Counted from the first letter of the stretch, positions 20,880 through 32,622 are shown. The stretch: DNA of 50,503 nucleotides from an uncultured Alphaproteobacteria bacterium (GCA_949298005.1 CASFUN010000033.1:1-50503), one strand, 5' to 3'. The notes: generated by a model from the letters alone, not told the origin. Translations and numbers: made by a program.

Positions 20880-21842
20880 GTGACAAACTCAAAGGTTATA
20901 TCAACAGGAGGCTATTTACCAGAAAAAATTTATGATAATTATTATATGGAATCCATCGTTGATACAAGTGATGAATGGATTCTAGCAAGAACTGGTATAA
21001 AGGAAAGACATATAGCAGCTGATAATGAATTAACAACAGATTTAGCTTTAAAGGCATGTGAAAATGCTATAAAAAAATCTAATCTAGATAAAAATCAGAT
21101 AGATGCTATAATTATGGCTACTACTACACCAGATAGAACTTTTCCTTCTTCGGCTGTTATTTTACAGAATAAACTAGGTATTGGTTCTTCTTGTTTTTCT
21201 TTTGATGTTCAGGCTGTATGTTGCGGTTTTATTTATGCAATAGATATAGCTGATTCAATTATAAAATCAAAAAAAGCAAAAAATGTACTTGTAGTTGGAG
21301 CTGAAACAATTAGTAGACTTGTAGATTGGAAAGATAGAAATTCCTGTATTTTATTTGGAGATGGAGCTGGTGCTATTATTTTACAAGCAACAGAGGAAAT
21401 AGATGTTGGTATAATATCAACAACATTACATTCTGACGGACAATATGTTGATCTTTTAAATACAGATGGTGGAGTTTCTATGAATCAAATTTCTGGTAAT
21501 GTAAGAATGAAAGGATCAGAAATATTTAAACTTGCTGTTAATAAAATGAGTGAATGTATATTAGAAAGCTTAGAAAAATGTCATTTAAAAAAAGAAGATA
21601 TTGATCTTTTAATTCCTCACCAGGCTAATCAAAGAATAATTAATGGTATAGCAAAGAAACTAGATTTAGATGAAAGGAAAGTTGTTACTACTATAGCAGA
21701 GCACGGTAATACATCTGGAGCTTCTGTACCATTAGCTTTAGATTACGCTGTTAGTGAGAATAGATTAAAAAGTGGTGATTTAGTTATACTTGAAGGCCTT
21801 GGTGGAGGTATTACCTGGGGAAGTATTGTTTTAAGATGGTAA
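20880..21842 (+). CDS. fabH: 3-oxoacyl-ACP synthase III
   Basis: STGGYLPEKI, TSDEWILARTGIKERH, the catalytic Cys in VQAVCCGFIYA, HQANQRI and GNTSGASVPLAL. I use the GTG at 20880. The track ORF's TTG at 20862 would overlap plsX and is an alternative start. Confidence 0.92.
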   Translation: MTNSKVISTGGYLPEKIYDNYYMESIVDTSDEWILARTGIKERHIAADNELTTDLALKACENAIKKSNLDKNQIDAIIMATTTPDRTFPSSAVILQNKLGIGSSCFSFDVQAVCCGFIYAIDIADSIIKSKKAKNVLVVGAETISRLVDWKDRNSCILFGDGAGAIILQATEEIDVGIISTTLHSDGQYVDLLNTDGGVSMNQISGNVRMKGSEIFKLAVNKMSECILESLEKCHLKKEDIDLLIPHQANQRIINGIAKKLDLDERKVVTTIAEHGNTSGASVPLALDYAVSENRLKSGDLVILEGLGGGITWGSIVLRW

Positions 21843-22336
21843 AAATAGAGCTAATTTTAGATGATAAAACTTGGCTTGGTTATATTACTAAAGTAGAAAT
21901 AAAAAAAATAACTAAAAAAGTTTTCAATAGTGTTATATCTACGTTAAGAATTAGTGTTACTAAAGGTACAGTTGTAGAGTTGTCAGTTATTCTTACGAAC
22001 GACGATATTATAAGAAATTATAATAAGAACTATAGAAATAATAACAAACCAACTAACGTCTTATCATTCCCAATATATGAAAAAGAGATTATTGAAGAAT
22101 TAAAACATGAAAACAACTATATATTATTAGGCGATATTATACTATCAATTAATACTATAGTTGATGAAAGTAAAAAACAAGAAAAACTATTTTCGGATCA
22201 TTTAACTCATCTTATGGTACATAGTATTTTGCATTTGTTTGGTTTTGATCATATTAGTGATTCTGAAGCTGATGTTATGGAAAATTTAGAAATTGAAGTT
22301 TTGAAAAAATTAAAAATAAACAATCCCTATAAATAA
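21836..22336 (+). CDS. ybeY: rRNA maturation endoribonuclease YbeY
   Basis: The zinc motif HLMVHSILHLFGFDH (HxxxHxxGxxH) is present. The ATG overlaps the fabH stop. Confidence 0.88.
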   Translation: MVKIELILDDKTWLGYITKVEIKKITKKVFNSVISTLRISVTKGTVVELSVILTNDDIIRNYNKNYRNNNKPTNVLSFPIYEKEIIEELKHENNYILLGDIILSINTIVDESKKQEKLFSDHLTHLMVHSILHLFGFDHISDSEADVMENLEIEVLKKLKINNPYK

Positions 22337-22351
22337 TAAATGAACTGGTAA

Positions 22352-22427
22352 TGGTGGATCCTGCGGGATTCGAACTCGCGACCAATTGATTAAGAGTCAA
22401 TTGCTCTACCAGCTGAGCTAAGGATCC
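22352..22427 (-). tRNA. tRNA-Lys (anticodon CTT)
   Basis: Reverse complement is ggatccttagctcagctggtagagcaattgactcttaatcaattggtcgcgagttcgaatcccgcaggatccacca. It folds as a 76-nt cloverleaf with one A-C mismatch in the T stem and CCA encoded. Confidence 0.85.
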
Positions 22428-23123
22428 ATTGAAATAATATGAATATGATATTAGTGTTTTTGTGATTGTCAATTTTTTGAAAGAATTTTTGATATTACAA
22501 AATAAGTATTAAATATTTTAACAATTTTTTTAATATACTTCACATTAGCATAATATAAATTTATAATTCTAATGGATTCTGTTGTAACATCTACTTCTTT
22601 TTCTACATTTACAAAAATGTATCTCTTAAGGATGAAAGGTTACAAAATTCTAACTAGATAAGGTTATTATTATATACCTATTATAATCTTTATTAATATC
22701 TTTTGTATTAATAACTTTACCTATAGCTAAATTATTATGTTTATTGGTGTTTTTTATTATTATATGTTATAATATATATATTTCTAACTTTATTTAATAA
22801 CTTTCTACATGTTTATATTATCATTAGAATTAAAACTTATTATTATGCCTACATTATTTATAATATATTGTTATAACTAATTTTCTTTATTCAAATCATA
22901 TCTATATTAGATATTTTTATTAGTAAATACTTTATATTATATGGTTTATAATTATATTCTTGGAGTCCTTTATATTTTACAAATTTATATAAATTTTGTT
23001 ATTCTCTGTAATATTTACAATTTAATATATTTATCTTAAAAGGTTTTAATATGTTATTATTAATATAACATAAAACGAAAATATTAATACTTAATTAGTA
23101 TTATCTATATTAACGGTATCAAC

Positions 23124-23152
23124 TTGACAAGTTTTAGAAAAAAACCTATATT
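23124..23152 (+). promoter_or_regulatory. Sigma-70-like promoter upstream of the ankyrin pseudogene
   Basis: TTGACA (23124-23129), exactly 17 nt, then TATATT (23147-23152). This lies about 30 nt upstream of a GAGG Shine-Dalgarno sequence and the ATG at 23182. TA-rich -10 look-alikes are frequent in this genome, so confidence is modest. Confidence 0.35.
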
Positions 23153-23181
23153 CTTCCTTATTATAGAGTAATGAGGCTTAA

Positions 23182-23848
23182 ATGAAAAATATCTTTAGCA
23201 AAAATATATATACTTATATTTCAATATTTATTTTTTTAGTTGTGAATATTTGTAGTGCTACAAATATGTTTGATAAAATGATAACTTATGATTCTGAAAT
23301 GTCAGATTTTTATGATACTCAACTTAATTGTTAAATTTTTCTGTTATGCATAATCCAGAAGCAATTATGTTACTTATTGAAGATGGCGAAGATTTAGTCC
23401 ATAGAAATAGATATGGTGAAACCTCCTTACATTATATGGTGATAGCAAATTCCATGAATTCGAATTATTTTAGACCTAATATTTTACAAAGTATAATTGA
23501 CAGATACAAAGAGCTAAATCGCACTATGGAAACTGATATTTTGAATGTGACAAATGATTTAACTTGGATGACTCCTATTTTTATGCTACTAATCCAGAAA
23601 TGGCTGAAGTTTTGATGAAAAATGGAGCAGATGTTAAAATCAGGGATTTTGAGTGAAATACAGCTTATGATTATGTTTTGGAATTCATTGAACAACCATT
23701 AATTTTGGAAGAAATTGATGATACAGGACCAAATATTAAACTTTTTCCCAGCGATCCACTAATGAGAAGAACAAGATGTATAGAAACATTAAAAGTAATA
23801 GACCTTGCGAGATTTGAAAAAGATCGATTATCTTTTGATTTTGAATAA
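23182..23848 (+). pseudogene. Ankyrin-repeat protein pseudogene (signal peptide plus ANK repeats, broken by frameshifts and in-frame stops)
   Basis: Three frames join into one product. Piece one is MKNIFSKNIYTYISIFIFLVVNICSA...DFYDTQLNC, ending at a stop at 23332. Piece two is ...NPEAIMLLIEDGEDLVHRNRYGETSLHYMV..., with a frameshift near the T5 run around 23577. Piece three is ...YATNPEMAEVLMKNGADVKIRDFE, then an in-frame TGA, then NTAYDYVLEF...DRLSFDFE with the stop at 23846-23848. GETSLHY and NGADVKIRD are ANK consensus elements. Confidence 0.65.
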
Positions 23849-23888
23849 GCCTATTTGTTTTAATTTTTTGAATATTACGAAGTAAAAG

Positions 23889-24230
23889 GAGTAAAACATA
23901 AGCCGGATTCTGTTTAAACAATCATTAATCTAGGATTATAATTACTTATAACCTCAAGCTGCCTACCACGATGTGTGTGTGAAGATGCACTGTTGCGGAC
24001 AACAACATCTAACTTGGCATTGCTCCTGGTAGGGTTTGCCAATGTAATACATCACTGCATACATAGTGAGCTCTTACCTCACTTTTTCACCCTTACCAAC
24101 GATAGTTGGCGGTTTATTTTCTGTTGCACTTTCCATGGGATCACTCCCTGTGGCTGTTGGCCACTACCATTTCTTCAAGGAGTCCGGACTTTCCTCTTGT
24201 TTTAAAAACAAGCGATTGTCTATTTTACTC
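23889..24230 (-). ncRNA. rnpB: RNase P RNA (bacterial type A)
   Basis: The minus-strand transcript carries the universal conserved regions. These are GAGGAAAGTCCGGACTCC after a P3 hairpin (cttgtttttaaaacaag), GGTAAGGGTGAAAAAGTGAGGTAAGAGCTCAC, GGCAAACCCTACCAGGAGCAA, AGATTAATGATTGT and ACAGAATCCGGCTTATG. The 5' GAGTAAAA pairs with the 3' TTTTACTC to form P1. Ends are good to a few nt. Confidence 0.9.
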
Positions 24231-24237
24231 TGAAAAT

Positions 24238-24265
24238 ATTATATGTGTTAAAAATATTAATGCAA
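24238..24265 (-). promoter_or_regulatory. Promoter for rnpB
   Basis: On the minus strand: TTGCAT, 16 nt, TATAAT, 7 nt, then the G that begins the P1 helix at 24230. Confidence 0.45.
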
Positions 24266-24909
24266 TTTATTTTTTAATACGCAAATTCTTAATTTACTTT
24301 AAAAGTCTTGTTATACATTTCTTATATATGTTTAAATAACATTATATTCTCGAAAATTTAAGTTTAGGAAATTTCTTCGATATTTAAAGAATATAGGTTA
24401 TTTCATTTATATCTAAAATATCTTATAAAAGTTACTATATAATGTAAAAAATATATACAATAGACTACCTACTAAGTATTTAGTTTATATAGATTCTAGA
24501 GATATTATACTAAATAAGCTAATAAATAACCATTTAATAAGAAGGAGAATAAATATAATAAAAGCTCGACAAAGATTTACATAGTTATAATTTATTTATA
24601 AATAAAAATAGAAAGAAATCTAGTTTATAAGAATAAATTAATAGATTTTAATAAGGAAAAGATTTTGTTTGTAATATTGATGATGATATAATTGTAAACA
24701 AAATAATAATAAAGGCAAATTAATAACTGTAATTGTAAATATTTGTCCATCAACTCATATTTATTTGAAAATCTGTTGATTACTAAAAATTACATGTAAA
24801 ATAAAATATTCAGATAAATTGTAGTTAAATTATGTAGAAAAACTACAAAAAGTTACATGTATAATATTAAGATATTGATTAAACAATATAATAAGCTTTG
24901 TATATAAAA

Positions 24910-24999
24910 TGGCGGAGAAAGGGGGATTCGAACCCCCGATACCTGTTACAGTATACACACTTTCCAGGCGTGCGCCTTCAGCCACTCGACCATTTCTCC
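24910..24999 (-). tRNA. tRNA-Ser (anticodon GGA)
   Basis: Reverse complement is ggagaaatggtcgagtggctgaaggcgcacgcctggaaagtgtgtatactgtaacaggtatcgggggttcgaatccccctttctccgcca. 90 nt with a long variable arm and CCA encoded. Confidence 0.9.
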
Positions 25000-25005
25000 A
25001 ATATT

Positions 25006-25527
25006 TTATTCTAATGATATTTTCTTCTTATTAAGATCTTTAATAACTTCTTGTGTAATATCGATAGCACTGTTATTATAAATAATTAAAGTATTATTTA
25101 ATATAACCGAATAAATCTTATACTTATCAGTTTTTAAAACAAGAGTTACTTCATTTTTTATCTTATCTAATAAATTATTAAATTTTGTTTGTAATTTTGT
25201 ATTTTTTTTATTTATTTCTTGTTGAAATTCCATAACTTTTTTTTGAAATTCTTCTCTTTTTTGCTGTATTTTAGCTTGAGAAAGTATAGAGGCCTTTGAT
25301 TCTATATCTTCTTGTTCCTCTTGCAAAGCACGTTCTTTTTCTCTGATTGAATTTTCAATAGCTTTTTTTTCATTTTCCAATTTTTCCTTTGCTGTTTTTA
25401 TACAATTTGTATTCTCAAATACTTTTTCCATATCTACTATGGCAATAGTGTCTTGCTCTTTAGAATACAGTCTATAACTCAAAAAAAACGATATAGAAAA
25501 TATTAAAATTAATAAATTCTTGCGCAT
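25006..25527 (-). CDS. skp: Periplasmic chaperone Skp/OmpH-like
   Basis: A signal peptide is followed by IAIVDMEKVFENTNCIKTAKEKLENE and a long charged coiled coil. Size and layout are typical of OmpH/Skp. Confidence 0.75.
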   Translation of the reverse strand: MRKNLLILIFSISFFLSYRLYSKEQDTIAIVDMEKVFENTNCIKTAKEKLENEKKAIENSIREKERALQEEQEDIESKASILSQAKIQQKREEFQKKVMEFQQEINKKNTKLQTKFNNLLDKIKNEVTLVLKTDKYKIYSVILNNTLIIYNNSAIDITQEVIKDLNKKKISLE

Positions 25528-25696
25528 AAATAATATTTAAAAATATACATAATTGTTATATATTCTTTGGTAATAATCAATATTAAATAACTTTATATTA
25601 AAATTAGTAATGGTTAATATTTACTTGGTATGTTTATTTATGTTTCGCATATTTTATTATTCCGTTTATTTGTTACTTGTTTTAATTCGTTATTTA

Positions 25697-25725
25697 TTGA
25701 CTTTACAGCTTTTAACTTATAAAAT
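25697..25725 (+). promoter_or_regulatory. Promoter for the tRNA-Glu/tRNA-Lys pair
   Basis: TTGACT (25697-25702), 17 nt, then TAAAAT (25720-25725). This ends 11 nt upstream of the mature tRNA-Glu 5' end. Confidence 0.45.
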
Positions 25726-25736
25726 CATAAAACAAT

Positions 25737-25811
25737 GGTCTCTTAGTCTAGTGGTTAGGACACCAGGTTTTCATCCTGGCGACACGGGTTCAAATCCCGT
25801 AGAGATCGCCA
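25737..25811 (+). tRNA. tRNA-Glu (anticodon TTC)
   Basis: ggtctcttagtctagtggttaggacaccaggttttcatcctggcgacacgggttcaaatcccgtagagatcgcca. 75 nt with CCA encoded. Confidence 0.9.
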
Positions 25812-25819
25812 GTGCATAT

Positions 25820-25895
25820 GAATGCGTAGCTCAGTAGGTAGAGCACTTGACTTTTAATCAAGTTGTCGCGGGTTCGATTCCCGCCGCGTTCACCA
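25820..25895 (+). tRNA. tRNA-Lys (anticodon TTT)
   Basis: gaatgcgtagctcagtaggtagagcacttgacttttaatcaagttgtcgcgggttcgattcccgccgcgttcacca. 76 nt, starting 8 nt after tRNA-Glu, with CCA encoded. Confidence 0.9.
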
Positions 25896-25972
25896 ATAAT
25901 TTTTCTAGCAATATAAGTCAAAGACCAGAATATAATTTTCTATAATTATATTATTTGTTTTGTATTTACAGA

Positions 25973-29036
<3,064 letters not shown>

Positions 29037-29097
29037 TTATTAATTGCAAATCAATTGTTGTTTATTATAATCTTTTTTGATTATTCTTTTAAGAAAA

Positions 29098-30011
29098 ATG
29101 ACTAATAAGTTTTACAATATAAGCGAAATAAAAGATAAGACAAAAAAAGATGAAATAATGGTATCAAAAATAAAGCCAAATTTTATACATAATAGATTTG
29201 ATATAATGTATAAAGATGATTATCTACTTTTTCATATTTATAGTAAAAAGGACAGTAGTGTGAAATATTATATACCTATAAAAATTATAAAGAATACAGC
29301 TTTTTTAGGTATACAATTAACATATATTGAAAATAAGGCCTTATCAGAATTTGCAAAGTATCTTTTTAAAAATTTTTTGATATGGAAAGTTAAATTCAAA
29401 TTTTCATTGAATAATTTTACTAAAAGTCATTGTAAAGATTATTTTTAGTATATTTACTGGATTGTATTGATGATTTTAATAGTAGATTATCGCATGATAC
29501 AAGGTATAATATTACTAGATATTATCCTAAACGTATAGAAAAAAACTTTAAATATTCAATAAAGCACTTTTCTAAAACTGAAATTTTAGACAATAAAGTT
29601 TATGAGCGGTATTGTCAATTTAAAAATATAACTCATAATTATGAAAATACGCAAAGCTCTTTATAATATATAGAAAACAACTACATAACGGATGCATTTG
29701 TTATGTATTTTAACGATAAAATAGTTTCGATTGTTTTTATAAATATCCTAAATGATAGTGCTTTTTTAGAGAATTTGACTTATGATGTTGAATATAGAAG
29801 CTATAGTGTTGGAACCATTTTATATTATAATACAATAAAAGAACTAATAAATCTAAATATAAAAACATTTTATCTTTATGATGGAACAGGAGAATATAAA
29901 ATGAGATTCAATGGTACAAAAATACAAACATACAATGGAACAATTTATAGATACAAGTTTATTAATTCATTTTTATATTTTTTAAGAAAATTATCTTCAC
30001 GTTTTTATTGA
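29098..30011 (+). pseudogene. GNAT-type acetyltransferase pseudogene (BioF2/CelD-like Acetyltransf_6 family)
   Basis: Track ORFs 29077-29448 and 29703-30011, plus the open stretch from 29454, join into one protein. The middle part reads ...LLDCIDDFNSRLSHDTRYNITRYYPKRIEKNFKYSIKHF...ENTQSSL. An in-frame TAA at 29664-29666 interrupts it. The rest reads YIENNYITDAFVMYFNDKIVSIVFI...SVGTILYYNTIKELINLNIKTFYLYDGTGEYKMRFNG. There is also a frameshift near 29448. The family call rests on layout and the G-x-YK-x-RF tail and is unverified. Confidence 0.5.
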
Positions 30012-30061
30012 TTTAAATCAGTATTTGATTAATAATCAAATTAATTACAAAATAATAGACA

Positions 30062-30673
30062 ATGTTTAACTTATACGAAGATGATTTACCAGATAATATA
30101 GAGTTCGGAAATGAAGTAGCAATAGATACAGAAACACTTGGCCTAAACAATTTTAGGGACAGGCTATGTATGGTACAAGTTTATTTTAGAAGTGGAAAAG
30201 TTCACTTGGTACATTTTAATGGAAAAAGTAAATATAAATCTCCGAATTTAACTAGATTATTAACAGATGATAAGATATTAAAAATATTTCATTATGCTAG
30301 ATTTGATTTAGCTATACTACAGAAAACTTTTAACATTGATATAAATAATGTTTATTGTACTAAGATAGCATCAAAAATAGCCAGAACTTATTCTGATGCT
30401 CATGGCCTAAAAGTTCTTATAAAAGAATTTTTTAATGTGGAAATTTCTAAAAAAGAACAAAGCTCATATTGGGGTGGAGAAGTTAATGATAATCAGTTAA
30501 AATATGCCTCTAATGATGTGTTATATTTACATAAAATAAAAGATAAACTTAATGCAATACTAGAAAATGAGAATCGTACAGAACTAGTGAAAGAGTGTTT
30601 TAAATTCCTTCCAACAAGAGTGAAACTTGATCTTGAAGGCTGGGGAGATATAGATATATTTAGTCATCAGTAG
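30062..30673 (+). CDS. rnd: 3'-5' exonuclease, short RNase D-like (DEDD family)
   Basis: ExoI motif VAIDTETLGL, ExoII motif KIFHYARFDLAIL, and ExoIII motif YASNDVLYLHKI. Confidence 0.8.
   Translation: MFNLYEDDLPDNIEFGNEVAIDTETLGLNNFRDRLCMVQVYFRSGKVHLVHFNGKSKYKSPNLTRLLTDDKILKIFHYARFDLAILQKTFNIDINNVYCTKIASKIARTYSDAHGLKVLIKEFFNVEISKKEQSSYWGGEVNDNQLKYASNDVLYLHKIKDKLNAILENENRTELVKECFKFLPTRVKLDLEGWGDIDIFSHQ
30614..30673. repeat. Direct repeat copy 1 (the last 19 codons and the stop codon of rnd)
   Basis: 57 of 60 nt are identical to 33838-33897, at a constant offset of 3224 nt. The mismatches are at 30616, 30619 and 30646. Confidence 0.9.
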
Positions 30674-30680
30674 TATTATA

Positions 30681-30709
30681 TTGACTAGTTTAAAAATATA
30701 TGATATACT
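30681..30709 (+). promoter_or_regulatory. Promoter at the left edge of the inserted segment
   Basis: TTGACT (30681-30686), 17 nt, then TATACT (30704-30709). A GAGGAG Shine-Dalgarno sequence and the ATG at 30745 follow. Confidence 0.4.
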
Positions 30710-30744
30710 ATGTTAATTTTTTAAAAAATTAATGAGGAGTTTAT

Positions 30745-31011
30745 ATGACAAATGTTATCGCAAAACCACAAGTTATAAAAATGCCAGAAATGCCTGCGGA
30801 AGAAAGAGTTAAATACCTTACTGATGATATGATATATGATGAAAGAGAATTAGCTTTTTTTAAAATACGTGATGAGGTTAATGAAAGAAGTATAGCTGAG
30901 CTTAGAGAGTCTAAAGCTAGAACTGAAGAATCTCTAGCCAGAGGCAGAGAGTCTATAGCTAGACGTTGGGCTCTTATCGAGAAACTTAAAAAAGAACAAA
31001 GTAATAAATAA
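30745..31011 (+). CDS. Hypothetical 88-aa charged coiled-coil protein
   Basis: Intact ORF with a strong Shine-Dalgarno sequence (aatGAGGAGtttatATG). The C-terminal half (AELRESKARTEESLARGRESIARRWALIEKLKKEQ) is visibly more G+C-rich than its surroundings. I recognise no family. Confidence 0.55.
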   Translation: MTNVIAKPQVIKMPEMPAEERVKYLTDDMIYDERELAFFKIRDEVNERSIAELRESKARTEESLARGRESIARRWALIEKLKKEQSNK

Positions 31012-31116
31012 AACTTGTTTTAATAAATGTATTATGTATATAATATATAGTGTAAGTTGACTTTTTGTTACAATAAGTCTATTCCGGCTTTTTATTAAAA
31101 AAATAATAGGTTAAAA

Positions 31117-31242
31117 ATGGGCGATAGTTTAGATAAAAATGTTCCAAGAATTACTGATGAAAAAGTTTTAGAAGAGAGATACGGTATTCTGTTAAGACAT
31201 GTAGAACAAATCAAAATGTATGATAAAAGTTTAATTGGATAA
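31117..31242 (+). CDS. 41-codon ORF, either a small gene or the first fragment of the disrupted gene downstream
   Basis: It reads MGDSLDKNVPRITDEKVLEERYGILLRHVEQIKMYDKSLIG. Its stop lies 2 nt before the next ATG. The Shine-Dalgarno sequence is weak. Confidence 0.3.
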   Translation: MGDSLDKNVPRITDEKVLEERYGILLRHVEQIKMYDKSLIG

Positions 31243-31244
31243 TA

Positions 31245-31943
31245 ATGCTTAGACCAATAAATAAAGAGGTTGCAGGTAAACTAAGATCAGGTGGTAGAGG
31301 AAAAATTATAAGTATAAAAGGAAAATCTTCTGAATTTACATTTTTGGCCGGAGATATACCTTATGAAGCCGGACTGAGTAAATTAGGAAAGGATGGCAGT
31401 AATTCTGATTGGAGTAGAATTTCGCATTTTAACTCTATTAATAAGCAATTAATAGAAAATTCTTATGGTAATAAAAAAGCTCAGGATATTAAACAAGAAA
31501 TTGAAGAACTTAAACAACAAATTGAAGAACTTAGGCGACTAGAGTCACAAGAACTTCAACAAACACAACAAGAACTTAATGAAAAACAACAAAAACTCAG
31601 AAATAAAACTCTGGAATATAATCTTAATTTCAATCTTAGTAAAATAAAAAAGATAGTTGAAATAGATGGTAAAAAATATGAAAGTTTTTATGAGACTGAT
31701 GGAAATGGAAATCCTAAATATGAAGAACATGAAGAAAAACAACAACCGGTTGTTTATGTTAGAGAAGTAGGAAGTAATGATAAGTATTTAAAGATAAAAT
31801 ACGATAGTAGCAAAAGAGGATATTCAATCGACACTGATTCCAGAACACAAATGAAAGCTGATAGTAAAGACATTAAACCCATTGAAATATTTTCCTATGA
31901 AAACAATACGAGGAATGTGCTATTAGTGGTGATAAAAAGATAA
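31245..31943 (+). CDS. Hypothetical protein with a Q/E-rich coiled coil, probably a fragment of a larger disrupted gene
   Basis: 232-aa track ORF. The next reading frame is already open from 31901, so the two overlap by about 40 nt with no intervening start codon. Confidence 0.45.
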   Translation: MLRPINKEVAGKLRSGGRGKIISIKGKSSEFTFLAGDIPYEAGLSKLGKDGSNSDWSRISHFNSINKQLIENSYGNKKAQDIKQEIEELKQQIEELRRLESQELQQTQQELNEKQQKLRNKTLEYNLNFNLSKIKKIVEIDGKKYESFYETDGNGNPKYEEHEEKQQPVVYVREVGSNDKYLKIKYDSSKRGYSIDTDSRTQMKADSKDIKPIEIFSYENNTRNVLLVVIKR

Positions 31944-32158
31944 GGATCGACAACACGACTAAAGATGAATTTGAAATAGAAGTATATTATGAGACTAATA
32001 CCAAATCTAAACAACTTTGTGTAAAAGCAAAAAAAGAAGGCGATGATGAGTTTAAATATTATTCTTTAACTAAAGCAGGTAGTTTAGCCGGACAAGATGG
32101 AATAGATACTTATGAAGTAGATTCAAGTTTTGCAGATGCTAGTATTGATGTTGATAAA

Positions 32159-32479
32159 ATGATAAAACTAGAAACAACCTATGAACTTATAAATCCTCCT
32201 TTGACAACAGACTATGATCAGTTATCTGTTGCATGGGTTTATGGAGAGGGAAAAAATATTGATGATCTTACGGATTTAGATTCGGTTATTAGATATTTGA
32301 AAAAGGAGCAAGAAAAACTGATAAGTTTTCCTCCAAATAAATATTTAGAAGAATGTAAAGCTGCAGCAGAAAGATTGGCTAAAAAAGATTTTTCTAGTAA
32401 AGAAAATGACATTGGTTTGATACAAGATTTTCTAGATAAAGGAAGTGATATTACTAATGATGATGTTTTATCTCAATAA
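32159..32479 (+). CDS. Hypothetical protein fragment (frame open from 31901)
   Basis: The frame reads KQYEECAISGDKKIRIDNTTKDEFEIEVYYETNTK... continuously from 31901. The first ATG does not appear until 32159, which suggests continuation of the upstream ORF after a frameshift. Confidence 0.4.
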   Translation: MIKLETTYELINPPLTTDYDQLSVAWVYGEGKNIDDLTDLDSVIRYLKKEQEKLISFPPNKYLEECKAAAERLAKKDFSSKENDIGLIQDFLDKGSDITNDDVLSQ

Positions 32480-32622
32480 TGCAGTATACTGTAGCTTAAA
32501 CTTGGTCTTTTGGGATGCTGTGGAGAATCAGTGACGAAAAATACGATGAAATTAGGTAATGTATTGGATTATGGAATAATCATGGGTTAGAAGCACTTCA
32601 TTATCCTCCAGAACCAATAAAA

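Noticed and set aside
22275-22472. Track ORFs overlapping tRNA genes (22275-22472 and 25610-25837)
   Set aside because: Each is kept open only by the G+C-rich tRNA sequence it runs through (tRNA-Lys-CTT, and tRNA-Glu/Lys). They have no coding features.
22428-23181. The long AT-rich spacers (22428-23181 and 24231-24909) as a replication origin
   Set aside because: I could not find a cluster of DnaA-box-like 9-mers (TTATCCACA or TGATCCACA types) in either spacer. The only near match I saw (tgtggatta at 7111-7119) is isolated and elsewhere. A genome-wide GC-skew and DnaA-box scan would be needed to settle this.
23652-23654. The in-frame TGA in the ankyrin gene might mean TGA=Trp recoding (genetic code 4)
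   Set aside because: TGA is used as a genuine stop elsewhere, for example in the miaA stop within the ATGA overlap at 13576-13579 and in the gapR stop at 45858-45860. Trp is encoded by TGG throughout conserved proteins. The ankyrin gene also has frameshifts and a TAA stop.
23975-24339. Track ORFs 23975-24205 and 24106-24339 (76 and 77 aa) in the G+C-rich patch
   Set aside because: They lie antisense to, and entirely or largely within, the RNase P RNA gene. Their openness comes from the locally higher G+C of the structured RNA. They have no Shine-Dalgarno sequence and their translations are Cys/Leu-rich nonsense.
24790-24861. Two copies of the palindrome-containing 9-mer TTACATGTA, 63 nt apart (24790-24798 and 24853-24861), plus a nearby gtagtt/aactac hairpin, as a possible operator pair
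   Set aside because: These are short AT-rich motifs in ~85% A+T DNA and are expected by chance. There is no adjacent gene to regulate other than tRNA-Ser, and no third copy was seen.
31498-31539. Tandem 21-nt repeat (aaattgaagaactta appears twice)
   Set aside because: It lies inside a coding coiled-coil segment (QEIEELKQQIEELRR). It reflects heptad-like protein periodicity, not a regulatory or VNTR-type element.
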